Translations under genes and position numbers: made by a program
Shown: piece after piece, positions 51,202 through 63,200 of the stretch
Position numbering within the stretch: the first letter of the stretch is position 1
Layout: each line of letters starts with the position of its first letter
Notes under the pieces: model-generated
Databases searched by the model: none
What the model was told of the DNA's origin: nothing
The model's input: only the letters and a program-made list of their open reading frames with translations
Assembly: GCF_033153115.1 (NCBI RefSeq)
Contig: NW_026889751.1
Location: 8,618,001-8,682,000, forward strand
DNA: 64,000 nucleotides
Direction of reading: 5' to 3'
Source: Saccostrea echinata
Lineage: Eukaryota

Positions 51202-54200
51202 ATGGAACGCAGGCATTTCCTGCCCTATGTATTGGGTATTATTGTATTAGGTTTACTAGAATTCTCCATCAGTGCCAGTGAGTACTATTTATATCGGTAC
51301 AAGGTAATCACTTAGAGTGAAGGAAACAGGAAAAATTAATTTCACTCTCTTACAAATTTCATCAAATTAGATTCATGTGAAAAAGAAACATTTAAAAACA
51401 TTTCTCTTTTACAAAATAGTTTGCTAGCCTGTAAACTTTCAATGTCTTCGCATGTAATGGTTTTGTCATTAAAAACTTTAAAAAGAAAATAAATAACCAG
51501 CAGAGCCTCAATAGGAAAAAAATCTGATGACAATTTCATGGTATCTTTTCTTAATTTCCACGTAAAACGTCAAAAGGTAATGTTTTCCCTTTTTGTAAGT
51601 AGGAATAAGGAATTCGGTAATGTGTCTGATGCAGATGATTTTTAAAACTTCCTATATTATTTTTTCATTCATTGTTTACAATGTTCTCAATGAAATTTAA
51701 AAAAAAATAATAATGATAAATAAGTAAAATAAAATAACAAAAATAAAAATCTTGCAATAAAAGTTTTGTTTTCTTTTCAGACTGAAAATATAACAAAACG
51801 GAAATTATCATAATTTTGCACATTTTCCAAAAAAAAAAATGCTGATCAATCTGTTCCATATTCAATATTTACTAAACCACGATACAGTAATAGAAGGTTG
51901 CAAAACAAAATGGGTCTCAAAGGTTTGGCATCTGAATGTATAAATCTGTATTTATGTACATGTATAAAGAAAGTACCGCCTTTTACAGATGAGTGCAAAT
52001 ATGAGGAAAAAATGCTCTCTTGTGAAAGCAGGAGAATACAGACAAGTAGTGGTCGAGAAAAGGAGATCAGAAAGCTTTGCAGACTGAATGTCCCAAAAGA
52101 AATAAAAGATTTAAAAATCAAACTTGTGAAGCAGGATAGTGTTTCCAAACCATGCATATATCAAAAGTCGTTCCGTCTGGTCAAGAAGAAGGGTATTAGA
52201 CATTTGGAAGTTCGTAATGGGTGTCGAGGAAAATTCAAGATCCGATATCGCAGGAAAAGTATGATTTCTTAATGTTCTTTTACCCGTCCTCGTTTATAAA
52301 GACTTTTCCCCAAACAGTTTCACATTCATTTCTTGACATTCATGTTTTATTTAGGTTTATTTTCTCAAAAGATTTTTGTAAAATTCCTTGCAACACAGAT
52401 TGCTCCAGAAAATGCGGCCCCAATGCTTTTTGGAAGAAGAGACGAAGAGGCAGAAGAGGCAAATGTCGATGTAAGAGAGGTTATCGTGGAAATCCAAAGA
52501 AGGGAGGATGTACTGGTAAGGTGATTTGTCCGAGCCCTGAATATTACAACTCTGTTAAAACAATTTTTTAAGAAACGACTAAATGAGAATACAAAAAGAA
52601 AATAAGCAACAAATAAGCAACAAACTAATAAAATTAACAAAAGATGGGCCCAGTTGCACTTTTCCCTCCGCTGTGCAATTTTGAAAAACCTCAATGGGAC
52701 ATGAACATGAATCACGAACATAACGACAACCCCTTCTATGTGAAAAATTAATATATTTGTAGAAATAAGTTGACGGAATTTAAAGAAAGATCTTGGATCC
52801 TGTTAAATATGACCCAAATCCATCTTTCTGTACAAATTTTTTCAGCTTCTTGTGTATGCCGAGCTTCTGGAGACCCACACTATTCTACATATGACGGTCA
52901 GAAAATCCACTTCATGGGCACTTGCAAGTACACGCTGACAAGAACATTGGGAAAGCAACCCTGTGCCTTTAACATCATGGTGTACAACGAAAGACGAAAC
53001 AACAAGAAATCAGTGTCCTATACCAAACAAGTGGATGTGGAAATTGGCAACAACAGAGTTTCACTATTCAAAGGCAAGATATCCCAGGTAGGAACCTTCA
53101 TGCACATCATTCTTCTTGTGAGTGGTGTTGCCATGGCCAAATACTAGTATGCGATGAAAACATGTATGATACATGGGTACTTTTTTGTTGGAGGGATTGT
53201 CTGATGACAAATGGAACTTGATTGTACCTGTTGGATTTGTAGGTCAATGAAAGAAATGTAAACATCACACAAATGCCCTTTGAAAAAGATGGCATTTTGT
53301 TGACGACTGTAGGGCGCCGTTTCGTCAAACTTCAATCACCATCTTGTGGATTGACCGTGCTTTGGGATGGCAAGCATTCTGTGGAAGTTTCTGCCGACAA
53401 GGGTAAGTACGGCGGCAAAATGACTGGAATCTGTGGGGACTGCAATGGAAAGAGAGATGACTTCCGCTTGGCCAATGGAACAAATGTATCACGATTGCCA
53501 GCAAAGGAAAAGTACAGAGAAATCGGAGATAGTTATCGCGTGACAGATGCAAAGAGTCCTATATCTGCGTGAGTACGACGTTTAACGTGGTCCGACAGTC
53601 AAGTTGCGTTCCCTGTATCGTTTGCACGTGCTATGAAATATCCATGAAAATTGTAAGAGTTGTTGATTTTCAGATGTGGTCCTACACCGGCATTTTCAAG
53701 TTGCACTCCGGAACAGACAAAGAGATTCAGTTCCAATGAAGCTTGTGGATTGATGGAGAGTACATCCGACGAAAATCCATTCAAGGAATGCGTCAAATGG
53801 ATGAAAACGACTAAAGATGCGGACGGAAACAGTCCATTTTCTTCTTGTCTTATTGATGCATGCAACAACGACGGAGCGAAGTTGAAGACAGTGACCTGCC
53901 CCGCGCTGGAGGAATTCGAAGAAATATGTGTAGAGAATGGCTACGCCCCACCAGAGGATAATATCTGGCGAAACATCACTTCCTGTTGTGAGCATTTGTA
54001 TTTCATACATGTATTTCTCATTGCCTGAAACTTTACTTTTAACTTCATAAGGGACTAACCCCGATTAATATCTTTTGAGTTGATTTCAATTGCTTCAAGA
54101 AATAATAATCGTAAGCATTTATTTAAAGCATTGGCAGAGGTTGAAAAATGCCATAAAAATGAGGAGTACGTAGAAGATGGAAGTGGATGTCCCAACACAT

Positions 54201-57200
54201 GCCTGTCCCCAAAGGCGGAAGAAACCTGTTCTGATCCTGATGTTGCAGGGTGTCAGTGTAAGAAAGGTTTTGTGAGAGATGGAGATATCTGCATACCTGT
54301 CAGTCAATGTGGATGCACTCTACTGAAGAAACGCGTTCCTGTACGGCATTACACTATTGTTTTCTTAAGCGATAAAACTTTTATTTGGAGGCAATAAAAA
54401 TTGATTTTACGCAAGTCTTTTTTACTTTAAAAAAAATCTTTTCTGTTTTGGATGTTAAAAATAGTTTTGAGAAATGAAGAAAAACCTGAACCCGAGAACA
54501 GTAATTTGATAAGGATAAAGAAACATTAAATACTTTAGATATTTAGAATAATTTGATTCTATCTGTAGGTTCATAAAATAACACGTTCTCGATATTGTAG
54601 GTAAATTCGAGCATACTTTCAGTAGACTGCAAACAGAGAATTTCATGCACTCTGAGGAACGGTGTTCCAAAAGTTATAGAAGAACCAGCAAAGTGTAGAA
54701 CTGACGAAATATGTCTGAATCTAAAAGGAAGAGGGGAATGTAAAAAAGGTAGTCTATATTCAACGGATTTTTTTCTGCTAAGAATTCGTTTAACGTAATT
54801 TCATTAGGCTATTGATGATCTCGTAAACGGAATAATAAATAAAGCCTTAAAATTAGAAACTTAAAAGTTGTAGTTTATGTGTATTTGGAGTTCAGGGTTA
54901 CCACATTTATCTTTATGTAATAACCAGATGAACGTTTTATTTTCATTTGTTGCTAAATTTAAAACTAAACACAGTTTACAGACACGATACAGATAATTCC
55001 TATTTGAAAATTAGAAAAAAAGTTTTTATTGAAAAAAAGCTACAAACCTGATGGGTTACAATTTTGTTAATTGTAAATATGAATTTCACAGCCCCAGCCA
55101 TCGTCGCTGAAGCACCCATTCCTCCTCCTAAAGCTAGCTCACCTGAAACTGGCCGTAAGTAATTTTATCATAACCGAGGTACAAAATTGATAGAGAAAGT
55201 TACAATCACACGAAATGTTGTGGACTAGCTTGAATCGTTAAAATAAACTTGGAACTAATATTTNNNNNNNNNNNNNNNNNNNNNNNNNNNNNNNNNNNNN
55301 NNNNNNNNNNNNNNNNNNNNNNNNNNNNNNNNNNNNNNNNNNNNNNNNNNNNNNNNNNNNNNNNNNNNNNNNNNNNNNNNNNNNNNNNNNNNNNNNNNNT
55401 TTTTTGGGGGGGGGGATCTACTTTTTATTTTACAAAACATAAAAAGTAGGGCATCAATATTCTATGTAAGTTAGGTAACGATATAATTTTATTGAATGAG
55501 ATGGCAATTGCCGGTAGATTGAATGAATAATAAATATTTCGATGCAGGTAAATGTAAAAAAGAGAAAAAGGTTGTGAGATGTGCAAGCCGTAGATTACAA
55601 CTCAGTAGTGGTCGACAGAAGGAGATCAAGAAGCTTTGTAGACTGGGGAATACCAGAGAAATTGAAGACGTCAGAGTCCAACTGGTCAAGCAAGATAAAG
55701 TGTCTAAACCTTGCATCAACAAAAAGTCGTTTCGCTTACTCAAGAGGAAAGGGAGATGGCATTTGGAAGTTCGCAATGGTTGTCGAGGGAAATTCAAGAT
55801 CCGATATCGCAGGAAAAGTAAGATTTCAAATAAGTTTATTTCTCATTCTCAGAGAATTTGATTTCCTATATTAATTCCCATGTTAAGTACATTGTTACTG
55901 AGCTTGTCGTAAGATATATGATCCTTTGTTTACGACGTAGATTGCTCCAGAAAATGCGGTCCCAATGCTGTTTGGAAGAAGAGACGAAGAGGCAGAGGAG
56001 GCAAATGTCGATGCAAGAGAGGTTATCGTGGAAATCCAAAGAAGGGAGGATGTACTGGTAAGATGATTTGTGAGTCTTGAAACTTACAATACGATGGAAA
56101 CAGTTTTTGAAAAAATATGACCAAAATCTATAAACCAAAACAAACTAACAAAAAAAAAATCATTTAAAAAAACAACAGCATAAAAAGTTCCCATTTTTCA
56201 TGTGCTAATGAAACTTACATACCGATACTTGTACATGAATTTAGTTGGTAATCTTGACAACTCCTCTTTATTTGCAAATTGATACATTTGTGGGGGAAAA
56301 AGTTGACAATATGTTGAGGAACTTGTCAAGATGAAATAATGGATTTTGGATATTGATGACCATGATCCAAATCCCATCTCTCTGTCCAATTCTCTTTCAG
56401 CTTCTTGTGTATGCCGAGCTTCTGGAGACCCACACTATTCTACATATGACGGTCAGAAAATCCACTTCATGGGCACTTGCAAGTACACGCTGACAAGAAC
56501 ATTGGGAAAGCAACCCTGTGCCTTTAACATCATGGTGTACAACGAAAGACGAAACAACAAGAAATCAGTGTCCTATACCAAACAAGTGGATGTGGAAATT
56601 GGCAACAACAGAGTTTCACTATTCAAAGGCAAGATATCCCAGGTAGGAACCTTCATGCACATCATTCTTCTTGTGAGTGGTGTTGCCATGGCCAAATACT
56701 AGTATGCGATGAAAACATGTATGATACATGGGTACTTTTTTGTTGGAGGGATTGTCTGATGACAAATGGAACTTGATTGTACCTGTTGGATTTGTAGGTC
56801 AATGAAAGAAATGTAAACATCACACAAATGCCCTTTGAAAAAGATGGCATTTTGTTGACGACTGTAGGGCGCCGTTTCGTCAAACTTCAATCACCATCTT
56901 GTGGATTGACCGTGCTTTGGGATGGCAAGCATTCTGTGGAAGTTTCTGCCGACAAGGGTAAGTACGGCGGCAAAATGACTGGAATCTGTGGGGACTGCAA
57001 TGGAAAGAGAGATGACTTCCGCTTGGCCAATGGAACAAATGTATCACGATTGCCAGCAAAGGAAAAGTACAGAGAAATCGGAGATAGTTATCGCGTGACA
57101 GATGCAAAGAGTCCTATATCTGCGTGAGTACGACGTTTAACGTGGTCCGACAGTCAAGTTGCGTTCCCTGTATCGTTTGCACGTGCTATGAAATATCCAT

Positions 57201-60200
57201 GAAAATTGTAAGAGTTGTTGATTTTCAGATGTGGTCCTACACCGGCATTTTCAAGTTGCACTCCGGAACAGACAAAGAGATTCAGTTCCAATGAAGCTTG
57301 TGGATTGATGGAGAGTACATCCGACGAAAATCCATTCAAGGAATGCGTCAAATGGATGAAAACGACTAAAGATGCGGACGGAAACAGTCCATTTTCTTCT
57401 TGTCTTATTGATGCATGCAACAACGACGGAGCGAAGTTGAAGACAGTGACCTGCCCCGCGCTGGAGGAATTCGAAGAAATATGTGTAGAGAATGGCTACG
57501 CCCCACCAGAGGATAATATCTGGCGAAACATCACTTCCTGTTGTGAGCATTTGTATTTCATACATGTATTTCTAATTGCCTGAAACTTTACTTTTAACTT
57601 CATAAGGGACTAACCCCGATTAATATCTTTTGAGTTGATTTCAATTGCTTCAAGAAATAATAATCGTAAGCATTTATTTAAAGCATTGGCAGAGGTTGAA
57701 AAATGCCATAAAAATGAGGAGTACGTAGAAGATGGAAGTGGATGTCCCAACACATGCCTGTCCCCAAAGGCGGAAGAAACCTGTTCTGATCCTGATGTTG
57801 CAGGGTGTCAGTGTAAGAAAGGTTTTGTGAGAGATGGAGATATCTGCATACCTGTCAGTCAATGTGGATGCACTCTACTGAAGAAACGCGTTCCTGTACG
57901 GCATTACACTATTGTTTTCTTAAGCGATAAAACTTTTATTTGGAGGCAATAAAAATTGATTTTACGCAAGTCTTTTTTACTTTAAAAAAAATCTTTTCTG
58001 TTTTGGATGTTAAAAATAGTTTTGAGAAATGAAGAAAAACCTGAACCCGAGAACAGTAATTTGATAAGGATAAAGAAACATTAAATACTTTAGATATTTA
58101 GAATAATTTGATTCTATCTGTAGGTTCATAAAATAACACGTTCTCGATATTGTAGGTAAATTCGAGCATACTTTCAGTAGACTGCAAACAGAGAATTTCA
58201 TGCACTCTGAGGAACGGTGTTCCAAAAGTTATAGAAGAACCAGCAAAGTGTAGAACTGACGAAATATGTCTGAATCTAAAAGGAAGAGGGGAATGTAAAA
58301 AAGGTAGTCTATATTCAACGGATTTTTTTCTGCTAAGAATTCGTTTAACGTAATTTCATTAGGCTATTGATGATCTCGTAAACGGAATAATAAATAAAGC
58401 CTTAAAATTAGAAACTTAAAAGTTGTAGTTTATGTGTATTTGGAGTTCAGGGTTACCACATTTATCTTTATGTAATAACCAGATGAACGTTTTATTTTCA
58501 TTTGTTGCTAAATTTAAAACTAAACACAGTTTACAGACACGATACAGATAATTCCTATTTGAAAATTAGAAAAAAAGTTTTTATTGAAAAAAAGCTACAA
58601 ACCTGATGGGTTACAATTTTGTTAATTGTAAATATGAATTTCACAGCCCCAGCCATCGTCGCTGAAGCACCCATTCCTCCTCCTAAAGCTAGCTCACCTG
58701 AAACTGGCCGTAAGTAATTTTATCATAACCGAGGTACAAAATTGATAGAGAAAGTTACAATCACACGAAATGTTGTGGACTAGCTTGAATCGTTAAAATA
58801 AACTTGGAACTAATATTTNNNNNNNNNNNNNNNNNNNNNNNNNNNNNNNNNNNNNNNNNNNNNNNNNNNNNNNNNNNNNNNNNNNNNNNNNNNNNNNNNN
58901 NNNNNNNNNNNNNNNNNNNNNNNNNNNNNNNNNNNNNNNNNNNNNNNNNNAAGTGACTTTTTTGGGGGGGGGGGGGATCTACTTTTTATTTTACAAAACA
59001 TAAAAAGTAGGGCATCAATATTCTATGTAAGTTAGGTAACGATATAATTTTATTGAATGAGATGGCAATTGCCGGTAGATTGAATGAATAATAAATATTT
59101 CGATGCAGGTAAATGTAAAAAAGAGAAAAAGGTTGTGAGATGTGCAAGCCGTAGATTACAACTCAGTAGTGGTCGACAGAAGGAGATCAAGAAGCTTTGT
59201 AGACTGGGGAATACCAGAGAAATTGAAGACGTCAGAGTCCAACTGGTCAAGCAAGATAAAGTGTCTAAACCTTGCATCAACAAAAAGTCGTTTCGCTTAC
59301 TCAAGAGGAAAGGGAGATGGCATTTGGAAGTTCGCAATGGTTGTCGAGGGAAATTCAAGATCCGATATCGCAGGAAAAGTAAGATTTCAAATAAGTTTAT
59401 TTCTCATTCTCAGAGAATTTGATTTCCTATATTAATTCCCATGTTAAGTACATTGTTACTGAGCTTGTCGTAAGATATATGATCCTTTGTTTACGACGTA
59501 GATTGCTCCAGAAAATGCGGTCCCAATGCTGTTTGGAAGAAGAGACGAAGAGGCAGAGGAGGCAAATGTCGATGCAAGAGAGGTTATCGTGGAAATCCAA
59601 AGAAGGGAGGATGTACTGGTAAGATGATTTGTGAGTCTTGAAACTTACAATACGATGGAAACAGTTTTTGAAAAAATATGACCAAAATCTATAAACCAAA
59701 ACAAACTAACAAAAAAAAAATCATTTAAAAAAACAACAGCATAAAAAGTTCCCATTTTTCATGTGCTAATGAAACTTACATACCGATACTTGTACATGAA
59801 TTTAGTTGGTAATCTTGACAACTCCTCTTTATTTGCAAATTGATACATTTGTGGGGGAAAAAGTTGACAATATGTTGAGGAACTTGTCAAGATGAAATAA
59901 TGGATTTTGGATATTGATGACCATGATCCAAATCCCATCTCTCTGTCCAATTCTCTTTCAGCTTCTTGTGTATGCCGAGCTTCTGGAGACCCACACTATT
60001 CTACATATGACGGTCAGAAAATCCACTTCATGGGCACTTGCAAGTACACGCTGACAAGAACATTGGGAAAGCAACCCTGTGCCTTTAACATCATGGTGTA
60101 CAACGAAAGACGAAACAACAAGAAATCAGTGTCCTATACCAAACAAGTGGATGTGGAAATTGGCAACAACAGAGTTTCACTATTCAAAGGCAAGATATCC

Positions 60201-63200
60201 CAGGTAGGAACCTTCATGCACATCATTCTTCTTGTGAGTGGTGTTGCCATGGCCAAATACTAGTATGCGATGAAAACATGTATGATACATGGGTACTTTT
60301 TTGTTGGAGGGATTGTCTGATGACAAATGGAACTTGATTGTACCTGTTGGATTTGTAGGTCAATGAAAGAAATGTAAACATCACACAAATGCCCTTTGAA
60401 AAAGATGGCATTTTGTTGACGACTGTAGGGCGCCGTTTCGTCAAACTTCAATCACCATCTTGTGGATTGACCGTGCTTTGGGATGGCAAGCATTCTGTGG
60501 AAGTTTCTGCCGACAAGGGTAAGTACGGCGGCAAAATGACTGGAATCTGTGGGGACTGCAATGGAAAGAGAGATGACTTCCGCTTGGCCAATGGAACAAA
60601 TGTATCACGATTGCCAGCAAAGGAAAAGTACAGAGAAATCGGAGATAGTTATCGCGTGACAGATGCAAAGAGTCCTATATCTGCGTGAGTACGACGTTTA
60701 ACGTGGTCCGACAGACAAGTTGCGTTCCCTGTATCGTTTGCACGTGCTATGAAATATCCATGAAAATTGTAAGAGTTGTTGATTTTCAGATGTGGTCCTA
60801 CACCGGCATTTTCAAGTTGCACTCCGGAACAGACAAAGAGATTCAGTTCCAATGAAGCTTGTGGATTGATGGAGAGTACATCCGACGAAAATCCATTCAA
60901 GGAATGCGTCAAATGGATGAAAACGACTAAAGATGCGGACGGAAACAGTCCATTTTCTTCTTGTCTTATTGATGCATGCAACAACGACGGAGCGAAGTTG
61001 AAGACAGTGACCTGCCCCGCGCTGGAGGAATTCGAAGAAATATGTGTAGAGAATGGCTACGCCCCACCAGAGGATAATATCTGGCGAAACATCACTTCCT
61101 GTTGTGAGCATTTGTATTTCATACATGTATTTCTCATTGCCTGAAACTTTACTTTTAACTTCATAAGGGACTAACCCCGATTAATATCTTTTGAGTTGAT
61201 TTCAATTGCTTCAAGAAATAATAATCGTAAGCATTTATTTAAAGCATTGGCAGAGGTTGAAAAATGCCATAAAAATGAGGAGTACGTAGAAGATGGAAGT
61301 GGATGTCCCAACACATGCCTGTCCCCAAAGGCGGAAGAAACCTGTTCTGATCCTGATGTTGTCAGTGTAAGAAAGGTTTTGTGAGAGATGGAGATATCTG
61401 CATACCTGTCAGTCAATGTGGATGCACTCTACTGAAGAAACGCGTTCCTGTACGGCATTACACTATTGTTTTCTTAAGCGATAAAACTTTTATTTGGAGG
61501 CAATAAAAATTGATTTTACGCAAGTCTTTTTTACTTTAAAAAAAATCTTTTCTGTTTTGGATGTTAAAAATAGTTTTGAGAAATGAAGAAAAACCTGAAC
61601 CCGAGAACAGTAATTTGATAAGGATAAAGAAACATTAAATACTTTAGATATTTAGAATAATTTGATTCTATCTGTAGGTTCATAAAATAACACGTTCTCG
61701 ATATTGTAGGTAAATTCGAGCATACTTTCAGTAGACTGCAAACAGAGAATTTCATGCACTCTGAGGAACGGTGTTCCAAAAGTTATAGAAGAACCAGCAA
61801 AGTGTAGAACTGACGAAATATGTCTGAATCTAAAAGGAAGAGGGGAATGTAAAAAAGGTAGTCTATATTCAACGGATTTTTTTCTGCTAAGAATTCGTTT
61901 AACGTAATTTCATTAGGCTATTGATGATCTCGTAAACGGAATAATAAATAAAGCCTTAAAATTAGAAACTTAAAAGTTGTAGTTTATGTGTATTTGGAGT
62001 TCAGGGTTACCACATTTATCTTTATGTAATAACCAGATGAACGTTTTATTTTCATTTGTTGCTAAATTTAAAACTAAACACAGTTTACAGACACGATACA
62101 GATAATTCCTATTTGAAAATTAGAAAAAAAGTTTTTATTGAAAAAAAGCTACAAACCTGATGGGTTACAATTTTGTTAATTGTAAATATGAATTTCACAG
62201 CCCCAGCCATCGTCGCTGAAGCACCCATTCCTCCTCCTAAAGCTAGCTCACCTGAAACTGGCCGTAAGTAATTTTATCATAACCGAGGTACAAAATTGAT
62301 AGAGAAAGTTACAATCACACGAAATGTTGTGGACTAGCTTGAATCGTTAAAATAAACTTGGAACTAATATTTNNNNNNNNNNNNNNNNNNNNNNNNNNNN
62401 NNNNNNNNNNNNNNNNNNNNNNNNNNNNNNNNNNNNNNNNNNNNNNNNNNNNNNNNNNNNNNNNNNNNNNNNNNNNNNNNNNNNNNNNNNNNNNNNNNNN
62501 NNNAAGTGACTTTTTTTGGGGGGGGGGGGGGGATCTACTTTTTATTTTACAAAACATAAAAAGTAGGGCATCAATATTCTATGTAAGTTAGGTAACGATA
62601 TAATTTTATTGAATGAGATGGCAATTGCCGGTAGATTGAATGAATAATAAATATTTCGATGCAGGTAAATGTAAAAAAGAGAAAAAGGTTGTGAGATGTG
62701 CAAGCCGTAGATTACAACTCAGTAGTGGTCGACAGAAGGAGATCAAGAAGCTTTGTAGACTGGGGAATACCAGAGAAATTGAAGACGTCAGAGTCCAACT
62801 GGTCAAGCAAGATAAAGTGTCTAAACCTTGCATCAACAAAAAGTCGTTTCGCTTACTCAAGAGGAAAGGGAGATGGCATTTGGAAGTTCGCAATGGTTGT
62901 CGAGGGAAATTCAAGATCCGATATCGCAGGAAAAGTAAGATTTCAAATAAGTTTATTTCTCATTCTCAGAGAATTTGATTTCCTATATTAATTCCCATGT
63001 TAAGTACATTGTTACTGAGCTTGTCGTAAGATATATGATCCTTTGTTTACGACGTAGATTGCTCCAGAAAATGCGGTCCCAATGCTGTTTGGAAGAAGAG
63101 ACGAAGAGGCAGAGGAGGCAAATGTCGATGCAAGAGAGGTTATCGTGGAAATCCAAAGAAGGGAGGATGTACTGGTAAGATGATTTGTGAGTCTTGAAAC

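Noticed and set aside
53107-54670. Minus-strand ORFs recurring in each 3.56-kb repeat
   Set aside because: They are antisense shadows of VWD exons that recur only because the DNA is duplicated.
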